From NCBI RefSeq assembly GCF_036321535.1, contig NC_087437.1, forward strand, positions 92,382,001 through 92,446,000: a stretch of 64,000 nucleotides of DNA. The letters run 5' to 3'. Within the stretch, counting starts at the first letter, position 1; each line of letters begins with the position of its first letter. Positions 37,261-51,444 of the stretch are shown piece by piece. Both the position numbers and the translations under genes were made by a program. The notes beneath the pieces were generated by a model. It did no database searches, was not told where the DNA came from, and worked only from the letters and a program-made list of their open reading frames with translations. This DNA is from Camelus dromedarius (Eukaryota).

Positions 37261-39379
37261 TTCACTGATAAGAAATTTTATAATGATTATTTATAAACAT
37301 TCTAAACTTATTGTTGTAAATAGCTTTTAGTAATATTTAGAGAAGTTCATGGTTTTCTAAACAACTGTCATTAATATACTGCACCTAAATATGTCTCCGT
37401 AACACTTGGTCTCATCTCTCTTCACTTCACAATCTGCCTCAGCTGCAATATGGTTCCCAACTAGAATGCTGCTTCTTGTTTATCTCCTAGCTCTGTCCCT
37501 CTGGACTTGGCATTCACATCAGTTTACTCAGTACGTTCCTGGTTACCTTCAAGGACTCTGGCTCCATTTCACACACTGACCTTCTCCACAGTGAGTCACT
37601 TCTAAGAGCACACAGCCTCCCATCTCCTGTGAGCCCAATAACCAAGCAGAAAATCTTCTATATCAGGGAGAATGGGAAAGTCTTATATTTTTGCTTGAAA
37701 TGGCCAAACTCCTCTTAATTCATCAGATGGATGTGACAAATTTTTGTTGGGGAGCAGGTTCTTACTGTTCTTACTGCTTTGATTTTAGTTTATCCCCTCA
37801 GTGGTGGAAATGATATACAACTTCTTCTTGTAGTATTTCTGTCAATTTTCTTTCTGTCATCCAAAGTTTGCTCACTGTAAAGTATGTTTCTGAGCCATCT
37901 ACAGCTACAATTCACAGCCCATTTATGTCCAGATCAGCAAAATGTATTTCAGGAGACATAAGTTGAATTATGATGGATTCAGAAGTGACACCAATGGAAA
38001 CACTCAAAATACAAGATTTGTTGCCTGTCGCACAGCCAAAAATTACAGCCATATTGAAAATTAGGTATGCATGTAGCATGAGTCCTCAAAGCCTGAAGAG
38101 TTTCCTCAGCCTAAGACAATTACAAAAAAAATTCTACCTAATTTAAGAAATGCAATCATTCAACAGCACAGGCCAAAAAGTAATGTGACAACTATTGCAT
38201 GTGGCTTTATGTGTCACCATAGCCGTCACCTCTTACTGTAGGAATGAGGTGGTAGATAGCTCCCCAAGAAGACTTTCTGAATGGTCCAGAAGCCTAAAAT
38301 CAATGTTTACCCATGTTTTTAATAGCACTTTGCTTTCAACATTGATCGACTTTATTGAAAACTCCCACTGGCCATTTTAAGTATGAGGTTAAATTGAAAG
38401 TTCCCAATGGTGTTACTGAAACCTACAACTAGCAGGCACCCTTGGATTTTCAGAGAACCAATGACCCTGACTGTCATCAGTTGCTTAAACCCTCGGCAAG
38501 CAGCCACAGGATTTCTGAAATTAGCTGCTTTTCTGGCCTGTTTTCATTGAATTAAAAAAAAAAAAGCTTTATAGAAAGTAATTACCAAGTCTTTACATTA
38601 ATTCTAGTAATTAAATGTGACTATACCTATTATTATTAGCTTCTGTTCTTTTCTGCATTACTAGAGGCAAGGGGAGTTCAACATAAGAGTTTATGCCTAG
38701 CTGGGCATAAATTATTTAAATCAAATAAATGGACATATTACAAATGTATTCTACTTGAATAACTTGGAAAAAATGAGAATTTTTGTTTTGAGAGGAAAGA
38801 GGCATTAATTGCATAATAAAAGTAAAGTTGTGTGACCAGGTCAAAGAACACTAAAATGACCCAATCCCATTTCCTCACCCAAGTATTTTTTTTAAGCTGA
38901 AATTGGTATGGGAAATAGTAGGAATTCGGAGACTGGTAGAAATGAATTCTCTTTCCTAAACTGCCTCTACCTTAATTTGGAAATGGTATTCTGGAGAAAA
39001 AAAAAATGAGTGTTTTCCCTCTGCTCTTTCCATGTGGTGTTTTTGATATTTTGACTAATGCCTATGTACTTAAGAACATCATACAGCTATTAGCAGTTTA
39101 GCCTAAGAAGAATGACCAAAAACAAGATTCAGAAGACTTATCTATATGGTGCTTTTATGATAGTTGTGTATTATACTAATATTTAGAGAGTGGTTGTTTT
39201 TATTATATGACATCCATAAGTCCAATGTGGAGGAGTATGAACAATTTAATATTTTAATGGTTATTTAATCATTAATTTATTATTTATCCCATTTTGTCTT
39301 CAAACTATTTAAAATTAGAGGGTTTACCATAATATTCTCAGAGGGAGACAGCAGAAGATTAATAATGGCATTGGATACA

Positions 39380-39864
39380 TGTGTGTTTCCTCCTAAGTAC
39401 TCATTGTCACTGCTTCCTCTATTGTCCCCAGTTTCTAAGTGCTATTTTTAGGGAGGTTAACCAAAATCCCATCTAGGAAAGTAAGCATGAATCCTTGACT
39501 ATATCAATCATCAGAATCCATCCCCTGGTCACAGTATTTGCTTCAGCGATGACACTGTGAGAAGTTGGTCCAGTCAAAGTGAAGTATAGAAACTCTGCTC
39601 ACAGTTCTGTCCTATAAACTCTCTCCAATCAGGAAGATATATTGGAAAGATGTACTTCAGCCAAATTGGTATTAAATGGATGTCAGGCTGAGGATGAACT
39701 GATATAGGGAGAGGGTAGAATCTTGGAAACTCACCAAATGATGGAGATGGCGCCAAGATTAAACCAATCCCAGATCCCATCATTTTTCTGAACTTTTGTT
39801 TGTGAACTCTTAATTTAGTTTGAATTGGATTATGTTCTTGTAACCAAGAGTCTTGACTGTTACA
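39380..39864 (+). mobile_element. Old MLT1 (J/K/L-like) LTR
   Basis: catcccctggtcacagtatttgcttcag and a typical 3' end, tagtttgaattggattatgttcttgtaaccaagagtcttgactgttaca. Confidence 0.6.
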
Positions 39865-40325
39865 GTAATGGAAGGATATTCTACTTATGATTCCCCCTTC
39901 CTTCCAGGGCTCTTTTCCCCTCTTATTCCTATACACATACCTTCTCCACCCTGCCACGGATTCTCCCCATCACACAGAGATGCCAGTTGTATGTGTAGGA
40001 TTTCATCCATAAGTAATAAAACCTATATTTATACGGTAAAAAAAAGTTTCCTGTGAAATTACCAAAACACTTTTGAGCCAAAAAATTGGGGGGTTTAACA
40101 AATTCTGTGATGCACTGGTTCTCAATCAGAGCTCCATAGCACAGTGATTAATCTCAAGCCTTCCATAGCCATATAAATTTTAGTCAGTATATAGTATGTA
40201 TTTTTGATAAACCTGAGTATATTCATTGTTAGTACTTATTATACTACACCTAGGCTTAGTCAGTTGCCTTAATCAGGAAGTTGAACTCCAAGGGTGTTCA
40301 GTTACAATTGAACTTAGGAGACCTA

Positions 40326-41395
40326 CTTCTGCACAGCAAAGAAAACCATAAGTAAAACAAAAAGACAACCTACAGAATGGGAGAAAATTTTTGCAAATGA
40401 AACAAACAAAGGCTTGATCTCCAGAATATATAAGAAGCTCATACGACTTAATAAGAAAAACACAAACAACCCAATCCAAAAATGGCCAGAAGACCTAAAC
40501 GAGCAATTCTCCAAGGAAGACATACAAATGATCAATAGGCACATGAAAAAATGTTCAATATCACTAATTATCAGAGAAATGCAAATCAAAACTACAATGA
40601 GGTATCAACTCACACCAGTCAGAATGGCCATCATTCAAAAGTCCACAAATGACAAATGCTGGAGAGGCTGTGGAGAAAAGGGAACCCTCCTACATTGCTG
40701 GTGGGAATGCAGTTTGGTGCAGCCACTGTGGAAAACAGTATGGAGATTCCTCAAAAGACTAGGAATAGACTTACCATATGACCCAGGAATTCCACTCCTG
40801 GGCATATATCCAGAAGGAACCCTACTTCAAAATGACACCTGTAAAGAGTTCATAGCAGCACTTTTTACTATAGCCAAGACATGGAAACAGCCTAAATGTC
40901 CATCAACAGATGACTGGATAAAGAAGTGGTGGTATATTTATACAATAGAATACTATTCAGCCATAAAAACTGACTACATAACACCATTTGCAGCAACATG
41001 GATGTTTCAGGAGAATGTCATTCTATGTGAAGTAAGCCAGAAATAGAAAGAAAAATACCATATGAGATTGCTCATATGTGGAATCTAAAAAACAAACAAA
41101 CAAAAACATAAATACAAATCAGAAACAGACTCATAGACGTAGAATACAAACTTGTGGTTGCCAAGGGGGGGGGGTGGAAAGGGACAAATTGGCATTTCAA
41201 AATGTAGAATAGATAAACAAGATCATACTATATAGCACAGGGAAATATATACAAGATATTATGGTAGCTCACAGAGAAAAAACTGTGACAATGAATATAT
41301 ATATGTTCATGTATAACTGAAAAATTGTGCTCTACACTGGAATTTGACACAACATTGTAAAATGATTATAACTCATAAAAAATGTTAAAAAAAAA
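40326..41395 (+). mobile_element. Young 5'-truncated lineage-specific LINE-1 (about 1.07 kb)
   Basis: Uninterrupted ORF2 C-terminus, then 3'UTR ending tgtgctctacactggaatttgacacaacattgtaaaatg and an A-tail. Candidate TSD aacttaggagaccta (40311-40325) / agcttgggagactta (41395-41409), 12/15. Confidence 0.96.
40327..41046 (+). pseudogene. L1 ORF2p C-terminal remnant (239 open codons; no EN or RT domain, no start codon)
   Basis: [24 protein letters not shown]...[18 protein letters not shown] (CCHC motif)...[29 protein letters not shown] at 41044-41046 appears premature because KEKYHMRLLICGI continues in frame. Confidence 0.92.
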
Positions 41396-42263
41396 GCTTG
41401 GGAGACTTAAACTTGGGAATAACTACTAAAAGCACTTCTACTATTCATATCTCAATCAAAAGCCCTTTCCAAATAGCAGAATGAATCTTAGAAATATGTT
41501 CCTATGGGTGAAACATAATTAATGGCTTGTTAATCAGCATAATGAATATTAGCAATGGCTTCTCAGTAAAATTAAGTATTCAAGATATATAAATTGATTA
41601 AAATAATTAAGAATCACTCTTCATCTTTGTATAATCAGAGCAGAAAATTCTCACAGAACTTTATTATTAAATGGTCTTGTGTCCAGCCACTGAGTTCAAA
41701 AATTTCTAATTTTTGTTATCAACTAAAAGGAAAATAGAATTTTATCTCTGGAATATTAACACGTCTGCCCTATATGGACCTCGCATTCAAGGTATGGTTG
41801 AAGCATCAAAAGGTCAGACATCTGGGTGTTGCTGAACTTACAAAATAAGTAGCATGAAATATTTTATGTCTATTTGTTAATGTCTGCTTAATAAATTTCT
41901 GTATATGTGGTTGGAATTGGCATAAAAGTTTCTTTTCATTTTGCTTGTAGTAAAACTGGACAGGTAGAGCTAATCTTCACCTACCTCAGAATTCTCCAGA
42001 GGTTATCATCATCCAACAAGAAGAACCCGAGCATTGTGCAGGACCAAAATGACTTAGAACATTTTATAGTGCCTATTGTTAATGCAGTGTTTCTCAAAAA
42101 CCATTGTTGGATAGATTTTAAAATATGGTTTAGAGTGAGATGTAACCTGTCTCAAGACATAAGTAAGAATTATAATTTTGTCAAAAATGATCTAGAGGTG
42201 AAAATATCCCAATGTTGACACAAAGCTAAATGGAAATTAAATGAAGAACATTAGGCCTGGGAT

Positions 42264-42312
42264 TATATATATATATATACATATATATAAATATAATTAT
42301 ATATAATATAAT
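42264..42312. repeat. (TA)n / AT-rich simple repeat
   Basis: Directly visible. Confidence 0.85.
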
Positions 42313-42559
42313 TTTATATGAATTTTATCAACACTATTATATGTAAGCTGATTTTTATACAAGATTTTAATTATACAAATCTCAAATAATTTTTTATAAA
42401 AAATATTAAACTATTGTACATAAGAATGAAGTCACAAATACTGTTTTTAATATCGCAGTCTCAGTCTTCTTACTGCCTACTAATTTCTGTGCATCCCCCA
42501 TAATTTTCTATGTTACTTACACACACACACACATGCAGTCATGAGAAATAAATACATTA

Positions 42560-43130
42560 TTTAGGAGGGAAGAAGAAAAATTATAGAACTAATATATTCC
42601 TTTTTCATATAGCATTATTTTAGCAAATAATGTACATAATTCCAACTTATTGTTTCTAATCTAATCATATTGATGTTTATTTGTCTTTTTTTCTGTATTA
42701 CAAACAATCCTGTGGTAAATGTTATTATGATTCCTTCTTGTCTCAATATAGGAGGATTTCTTCTTATGCTAATATAGGAGTATTTCTCCTAATCTCAATT
42801 CTAAGAATTGAAGTAGAATTGCTGAGTCATAGAGAATGCAAATGCAAAATTTTAATAAATGTTGCCAATTGTCCATTAAGTGCTTCTCTAGCAGACGAAA
42901 GAACCTGCCTCCAAATACTCACTTCCCTGCCAACATTTGATATTATCATATTCTAATTGTTTGCTAATCTCACAAAAGAAATAAGTATCCCATTCATGTT
43001 TTAACTAGCAATTCTTTGATTTCTTACAAGGTTAAAAACTGTTTCATAAATGTATTGGTGATAAGAATTTCCTCTTCTATAAATTTTTATTTATATTTCA
43101 ACCTAGAAATGCTTTCATAGATACTACGGT
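42560..43130 (-). mobile_element. L1ME-like 3' fragment
   Basis: gtattacaaacaat...gaagtagaattgctgagtcatagag...taaatgttgccaattgtcc...ttgctaatct are antisense old-L1 motifs. Confidence 0.65.
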
Positions 43131-45999
43131 AGGCTGCGTTAAATCATTGTGAATTACTGCTAAAATTTAATAAGCAAGTATTGATGTAATTTTGTATATC
43201 TATAATTAAAAAAGTGTTCAACCTCCCGGAAAAGGGAATTATGGGAAGAAACTACTAACATTTTGTTGTTTTAATTTTCTGGAACTTTACATTCAAAGGC
43301 ATGGAAAACAGTAATAATTTGTTCCTAAATCCCAAACAACAAATTGTAGGTATGAAAGGTTTATTTTTCAGAAAACAAAAAACAAAATACAAAAACGAAA
43401 ACAGAAATTTCTTATTTGGATGTAAAAAAACATATCCAAAAAGAAAAAATATTCACTGAATTTCATTTCATCCACGGTGCAATAGGATCAACATACTTGT
43501 TTCAAAATTCTTCAAATTAAAGTGTTTCAATATTTTGTGTCTTACTTACTTCTAATTAGTTTTCCTTAAACAAATAGCTTAACCTCTCTGGTTTTCATTA
43601 TCTGTTTGCAAAGTGGTACCATATTTAGCTCATGTTGTTATTTTAAATGATTGTACTAAGGATGTGAACAAATTAAGCACTGCAGAAATAGTTTGAGTAA
43701 AGCAGAAGCAAAAAACTCCCTTCATTACATTAAAGAGTGTTAAAAAAAATACAAGGAAATATACTTTAGGGGAAAAAAAGAACCTATTCTTCCTTAACTT
43801 TCATTATCTTCCCTAAAAATTCTGGATAATAATTGTCTTTTTACAAGATTTAGATATTTAAAAATATGGCTGTCAGGTACATTCGAGCACATTTTATCCT
43901 AGTATTTCCATAAGACATTTTGTCTTTAAATTGTCTTAGAATTTTACAAAAGAGATACTACAGTTATTGAAATGTCTTATAGATTTGCATAATACGAATT
44001 TAAATTTAGGGCTTAATTAGAAAATCTTCAACAGGTTTCAAGTGTCTCTAGTGTTTCTTCTTCCTTTTATGAACAATGCCATTTTCTTACCAAAAAAGTC
44101 CAATTCTGTTATTATCCAACACAAAAATATCCAATTTCAACCCACTGCTTTTGTCTAAAGTCATTGTCTCCCTATCTATAGGTTTACATTATCTAACCAG
44201 GTACTATGGTAAGAAATGTGCTGTCTTCTTTTTGAAAGAGGTAGTTTGTTGCAAGTTTTAACTTGTAAGTTATTTCCCTACCTCTGTTGTAATATTTTTA
44301 TGCTTTCCATTCTGTAAGATTTCTGGTTATTAGAATGAATGGTAATATCGTAGTTTGTTTGAAAAGCATTGATTTATCAATCATGCAACCATTTTTTATG
44401 ATGAGTGTCTCTGACTGTTCGGAGTGACTTCCAAGGAAATTCACCATTTTTGAGCTGTTTTAAACAACATAAATAAAAGTTCTACTCTTTGGTTCAATAT
44501 ACCAAGCTGATATCTCTATAGATTTTTAGGAAAATGATTGGGAGAGTTGTGAAAGCAATTTAAGTTATGCCTCCCCTTGCACATATTTTGTCTAACTCTC
44601 AATACTGCAATTGGTCGAAAAATCTTTGATTATACCAAGATCTTACAGAACAGCTAGGGAAGTTACACAAATAGATTTTGAGCTGGACATGGAAAATATA
44701 GTTATGAATTAACTGATTACCCTTTAGTTTGACTTAATTAAATAGAACATTAATACCAGTGGGAAAACTAAATCCTCACTTGTACCATAAATTAATATCA
44801 AATTATTGGAGGAAAATTACAAAAATGCAATGATGTCTTTATTTTTTGCTACCAGTAAGCATCCATAGATGGCCTAAAGACACATTTATATTAAATATCA
44901 TATTAAATTATCACTGGTGATTGTCCCTCATGTGCTTCAGATGAAGAAATGGTGATTCATGAATTCCTGAGACAGGCATTATTGGGCAGTAGGTTTTAGA
45001 AAATAATGCATTATCACATCAAAATATCTGGCCAAGGATGAAGGGCTAGCTTACATTTCAACAAGGGAAGTGATATTCTCTATTGTTATGTGTAAATCGT
45101 TCTTTCTATAAATTTAGTTCTCATGTAAGACATTCTTGAAAAAAAAGGAGAAAGTATATTGTCATTGCTCCCCATGTAAATTATTTGCTAAAGGAACATG
45201 ATATCATCCCATAATGAGGGTGGTTATGTTTTCTTTCAGGTTTTCTCCCTTATTTTTTAAAATTAAGGTTTATTTTTTATTTTATTTATTTTTTGCAGGA
45301 GACAAAGAGAATCTCAGGAAAAGGTCAATGCTAGAAACTAGTATGTTTGCTAAAATCATTTGTTATATTTAAAAATAAAAATAACATAGTATTTTTCAGA
45401 TGGTTTTCATGTTGGAGTTTTAATTACAGCATTAGGGGCAGCAACCTGGTGTTTTTTTTTTTTTTTAACTTGTGTTTATACAAGGCCTAGGAAACTATAA
45501 ACTAGAAATAGAAAAAAGTTAATGAATAAATAATTTATTTGATGTATATTCTTGCTGAAATTACAGAGATTGGTGCTAATTATTTAATTCTTATATAATG
45601 TCTTTTGCTTGACTTCAGAAAGGTGATAACAATCTAGATAAGTCTAGAGGCATAATAAATTGTACAACAAGATCAGGAGACAAACAAGTCCAATTAAAAG
45701 TGGCATCATCGTGATTTCATTTCAGCCAGACTGTTTCTATTCTTGTTTACACAACACTGAAAGATGTTTCCTATAAGAAGTATAACGTTTGGTATGCTTG
45801 TTTGAATGCTGCTTTTTCCCCCCAAAATTTTTAACTATGTGACAAGATATAAGGATATAAATGTTCATTTTAGAAGACCATTCCTTGCATATTTGGGGTA
45901 TGCTCAGGCCAAGAAAGGTCCTTAGGGCAGAAAATATCATCCAGTCAACCACTTACGACGTCTCAGGAATCCTGTCCTAAGTTGTGAGGAGACAGGCAA

Positions 46000-46900
46000 T
46001 TATGCACCCAGTGTAATGGAGCACACCATAGAAAAGAGGAGATGGCTTTAAAAGCAATTAACTGTAATACAATGTAAGTATTAATCTAACAGTATGATTA
46101 AAGTAGTTATAGAATCATAGGGAAAAATAAATTAATTTCTGAGTAGAAAGAATGAGATTATTAAGACTTCATAGAAGAGATGTTATTTGCACCGGGTCTT
46201 GGAAGGAGGAGGATGACCAGCATTTTTTCAGGGGTAGAAGAAGTAGGAAGGTGTTCTAGGCAGAGGGAGCAGCACAAGTGAAGGCATGTAGGTGCGTAAG
46301 GCATCTGCGATCACAGGTCCCATGGGGAGGAGCTGTAGGAAAGGAGGCCCAAGGGTGAATGGCAATATATTCATGTGGACTACGATTAGCTATGAAAGAC
46401 ATGACAAGTTATGACAAGTGATGATGATTACTGTGGATATTGGATAAGGGGAGGGGCTTACCCAAGCACAGATGGTGTTAGGAGAGCACTGAAATGATGT
46501 GAGCAAGAGATGGGAGCAACTGGGATAAAGACAAGTAGAATCAGAGTGAAAATGGGTCCTTGGAGGCATTTTAAACATTAATTTACAGGGCCTGGGGTAA
46601 AATTTCTTCTAGAGAGTACAGAAAAAGAATAAAAAAATCACAGGTGTATCTGCTGGGTTCCTGGGTACATGAGAATATATTACACTGACTGAAATAGGAA
46701 ATCCAGGAAAAGGAATCTGTAAGAGTGAGGAAAAGAACATCGTTGAACTTGGTACACTTGAGAAGACTACAAGTGCCCAGGCGGAGAGAGCCGGTTGCAG
46801 CTGGAAATATACATCTGGATTTGACAAAAGTGTTTGCTCCTGCAGCTAGAGCTTTGGGATTATTGGCATATTGGCAGCAATTAAAAAGGGCTAAATTTAA
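46000..46900 (-). mobile_element. L2 LINE fragment
   Basis: gacttcatagaagagatg...ggtgttctaggcagagggagcagcacaagtgaaggcatg...actgaaataggaaatccaggaaaagga...gcagctggaaatatacatctgga. Confidence 0.75.
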
Positions 46901-47859
46901 GTAGCAACACTTAAGGAATAAGAAAAAAAAGGTCTCAGGTGAAAGCTTGAGAGCTTTACCAGGGACTCACTTCCCTTACACAGCAAGGATTCCCATTTTT
47001 CTCCCAACACCGTGGACTGTTGCAATCTCTTTTTAGTTTCTGAGCTTCCTAATGGTTGCTTTTGGTCTAGTTTCTTGGAATCTTGCCCCAAATATCTAGT
47101 ACTGTTCTCAGGTTGTTGACCCTTTAAGTCTTGACTGCTTTGATAGCGTTAAATCCAATATTTTTCTATTCAGCTCAGTGAGACATCAGGAGCTTGAGGC
47201 TGTTACTTCCGCTACAGGGCTGTCTCTTGAGGTGAATAAACAAAACTCCTTGACAGGGAAAACCTAGAGAAATATTCAGCTCACCACAACACACATTCTT
47301 TCTCTCTGGAATATTGACCACTAAATTTTTGGCTTTTTTTTTTTCTTTTCTGATGACTTTAAATAGTGTTGTTGTTGTTGTTGAATATTGCATCCAGATT
47401 CTATAATTGGTCATGCTGGGAGGATTTATCTGGTAACAAGGGTTCTGTCACAGGCAGAAGTGGAATTCTCTCTCATATCATCTTGGGTGTAACTTTGAAA
47501 TGTGCTTTAATTATAGATATATCCTCTTCTCTGATTAGACTTAAAACTGGGAATCGTTGTTTAGTTTATCTTTTTTTTTTTATGTCCAGCACTTAGTATC
47601 TGGCATCAATAAATAATACATGGATAAATAATGCTTTTAAAGAGTACGTGATATTTCCTGAGAGCTGTAAGGCAAGGAGATCATCTGTTCCTCAAGAAAA
47701 ATAAAAGTCTTTATATCCCACCCTGTGGAATATGTCTGACTTTTTCATACTTTACCTTCCCATCATTCTGAACTTCTTGATGGCTCCTATTACCTTGTCT
47801 TTTAACCATATTTCATCAGTATGAAATAAGCTATTTTGCTGTTCTTTATCTTTCTATGA

Positions 47860-48380
47860 AGCTCCTTTCCTTCCTCAAATTCTGGCTAAGCGGCATCCCC
47901 TCAGTGAAGGGTCCCTCCATCTCCTCCCTTACTTACGCTACTTTAATATTTTGCATATTTCACCATTACAATTACTATTTGCTTACATGCCTGCCTCTTC
48001 CGTGGAGAGAACTGAATGTGGCAGAGTCTGCAGCTAAGTTTCCCAAACTCCTGGGACTGTTACGAGCCGATCTTCATGGAGGGCTCTGCAGACTGTGCGT
48101 AAGAGTTTTGCTTGCAGTTTTTCCTTTAAATTTCACACACACATACACACACACACACACACATTATGATGTAAGTATTATCAGTCCTATCTTATATAAG
48201 AAAAAAGTTGAGGTTCAGAGACTTTAGGAAAATTATCCAAATCTACAGAGATAGTAAGCAACATGGCAGACCAAACAGTCTACGTGGCCTCAAGACTCTT
48301 GTTCTTAATTTCTATGCTTGCTGCCCATAGCGGTGTCTGGCACCAGGCAGGCACTATATAAATCTCACGGAACAGAACAG
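47860..48380 (+). mobile_element. L2 3' end interrupted by a MIR
   Basis: cttcctcaaattctggctaagcggcatcccctcagtgaagg...tgcctgcctcttcc, then after the MIR cccatagcggtgtctggcaccaggcaggcact. Confidence 0.55.
48060..48320 (-). mobile_element. MIR SINE with an internal (CA)n tract at 48134-48162
   Basis: gtaagtattatcagtcctatcttatataagaaaaaagttgaggttcagaga is the antisense MIR core. Confidence 0.7.
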
Positions 48381-50075
48381 ATTTTACTGTATTATATTAT
48401 TATATTACTGTGTTATATCACATTACATTATATTACAGTACATTGTAATGAGATATACTAAGATTATTTTATCATCAAAGTTACCCATTTGTAGGTTAAT
48501 CTCAAAGCACTGAATCTGACTCAACTTCAATTATTTTTGGTGAAACAATGAAAGTCAGCCATGAAGCATCCACTCAAGAGAATTGACCATGTAAAAACTA
48601 GAAAATTTTAATAAGCAAAGCTATATAGATTTGTGGTTTTCTTAAAATTATAGAACTTCCAGATATAAGGAACGTTAGCAAAATGTTTTATTTCAACCAT
48701 TTGATAACCTATGTAAAGAAAAGTTATAGGCTGACTTCATTTGTAACTTAATAAATGCTCCATTATTTACATGACATAACAGATGATTACTTGGGAAACA
48801 TACAAATGTAGACAAGAGACTAGGGGCTGAAGTTTTAGCAGTGCATCCTGAATGTTACTGAACTTTATCTCTATTACATCACATTAGTCATTTGCATTGC
48901 TTTCTGAAGGAATTAAAGAATATTAAAATTATTTCTTGAGAAATAATCAAAGCTAGGCAGAGGAAAGACTTTCCTTCATGGGTAAACTGGAATAAGAATT
49001 GTATTACCACGGGCTCAACAGAAAGAATCAATTCAGAGAGTAATGAATTGTCACCTTCATGAAAAATCTACTATATCTAACCATGTATTATGTATTGAAA
49101 TACAACTTAAGTGCATAATACAAAGAATGCTAAAAAAGTATGGTATTCCCGGGATCACTTTTTATGCCATTACATTGTGACTCATATGGGGAAAAAAGTG
49201 GTAACACATGGTATTTCAGGATCAGAATTAAAGGACATATAATCAAAAGAATCACACACACACGTGTTTATACAGTCAAATCTTTGCAACCAACAAGCAG
49301 ATTCTGTGCTCTGTAAAAGGTCAACAGTGTAGGAGCTTAGTTTCTCTTTTGCAGGGTGACACAGCACTTTCTCAGGCTTTGTTCTCTACTTATTTTGTGT
49401 GTATTAAAGGAATTTAAGTAATTTTAATCGTTCGAGAACTAATTTACAAAAGTAAATTATAAAATGCTTTCTAAAGTAAACAGAAAGAGTCTGATTATTG
49501 AAGCCCTTATTTTATATACTTATCAATATATTGGTACTCTGACTTTATGAAGAGGTCAAGGTATAGTTCAATGGTGTTAGTGGTAGTTACCAAAGTTTCA
49601 CACAAGCTGATCCCAGGTTAATTTTCAAAGATAACTTACTAGACTAAATGGGACCACTGTGGAAGTTTGAAAAGAAATATCAAATAAATAGCACATATAT
49701 AGAGATTTTCAAAGTGTCTTCACTTCTTGCATTGTTGGATTACATACACATACACACACACAATAGACCATGGGGTTGGGCCAGCCATTAAGGGCCATTT
49801 CATTAAGGGTTGGGGTGGAGTAGGGATTCTAAAACAATGGAACAATTGTTAATCAGGAATTTAATGTCCATAATCTACTCAATCTATTAACTTTTTATAA
49901 AAGATAGTTCACCAATAATAGGGTATTGTATGTGATACATGCTACAAGAAAACAACAAATCAATATTGCAACTCTAAAACAAAAATGGGTATTTTTCAAT
50001 GCTGCCACATATGTTTTAATATTCAAAATACATGAAAAGTGCTTTCTTAATCATGAAAGAGAATCATGAAAGAAA

Positions 50076-50124
50076 ATATATATATATATACACACACACA
50101 CAAACACACACACACACACATATA
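50076..50124. repeat. (TA)n(CA)n compound microsatellite
   Basis: Directly visible. Confidence 0.9.
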
Positions 50125-51444
50125 AGTATATTCAACATCTTTCTGTGCAGTGAGTTACTTTCACTTTATTTATTTTTAAATCAGTGTTATCTATATGGTA
50201 GCTCTGATTAAACCGTATATAATAGTGTAATAATCAGTTTATCCCCAAACCACTTTTAGTAAATGTTAGCTTAAAATATAGTAACATCACAATATTTTCT
50301 AAGGAATTACACACATATTTGTTATTTTCTCTGTAGGTCAATCTACTACAGGAAGAGAATTCTGGTTGTACCAGAAACTTAATAGTGTAACATTACTGGC
50401 TCCCTTTTCTAAATACCAACACTAGGCCAAGGCTAGGAGCAAAATATGAGAATATCAATATAAAGAAACCATCTGACACAAAGAACATGGTAATCAAAGT
50501 AACTTTCTTTCTTTGAGCACTACTTTCTCAAGTGATACTGATTGGAGTGGTGAAGTTTGCACTGACTGTGAAATCTTCTTAGTAGACCCCTTGCTTTGGA
50601 GGGTGATGCAAGACTAGGGTATGATATAAGTTGTAATGAAGACATGTCAGGTACAGACTTAGAGAGACAGGTGAAGTAGGATATTAGAAGGCTTCCACGA
50701 TATCAAGTACATAATGTTAGAATAGGAAAGCAATTGGGATTCAGCAGAAACATTAGAATTTTTTTTAAAGTTACATTTAACTGAGTTGTTTATTTTTTCT
50801 TCCTTCCTTCCTTCCTTCCTTTATTTTGTTTTATTTTTTTAAGTTCTCAGTAATTTGATTTTAACAAAGGATGTTGGGGAAACAATTGAAATAAACCAAT
50901 CCTAAAGCCTAGAAAACCCTAGAAAGTACATCACACCATGAGTTTCTTAAAACTAACTACAACTTAAGAACAAAGAAATAAACAGTAGTTAAATTTGCCA
51001 TACAAATATTATGTCTGTTAGGCGTGAGAAATTTGCAAAGTCCCTATCTTACAAATATCTCTCAAATACAGAATAATGTGTCTAAAACCGATATGCCTTA
51101 TACTTCTAATGACTGATCACAAACAAAAGAAACTATCTATAAACTAAAAATATTAAATCATACAATGAGGTCATGTAAGAGCCGAACATAAGACATGAAG
51201 GTAGAAATTCCTTATTATGGCTATATATTTTCACAACAACTGTCCAATTTTTTGCATATATGGAAATTTGTCCTTTGTCCTTCTTTATACTTTGTACATT
51301 GTATTTTATGGTGCTAACATTTAACACAATCACAAGCAGTAACTTAATACAGGCCAAGATTACTTAGTACTCCTAAATTTTCCACATATTTTGTTACACT
51401 TATAATACTAAACAAAATGTTAGGGACACCTTTACTAGCTACAT

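Noticed and set aside
37953..38064. Possible plus-strand exon (tatttcAG ... AG|GTATGC)
   Set aside because: Weak polypyrimidine tract, stops in all three full frames and no recognisable peptide
40414..41046. 210-aa ORF as a functional or domesticated gene
   Set aside because: It is the C-terminus of a 5'-truncated L1 ORF2 with a TTG pseudo-start and no promoter; recent insertion explains the open frame
48383..48450. Degenerate (TATTA/CATTA)n pentamer run as a structured array
   Set aside because: Decayed simple repeat without unique spacers
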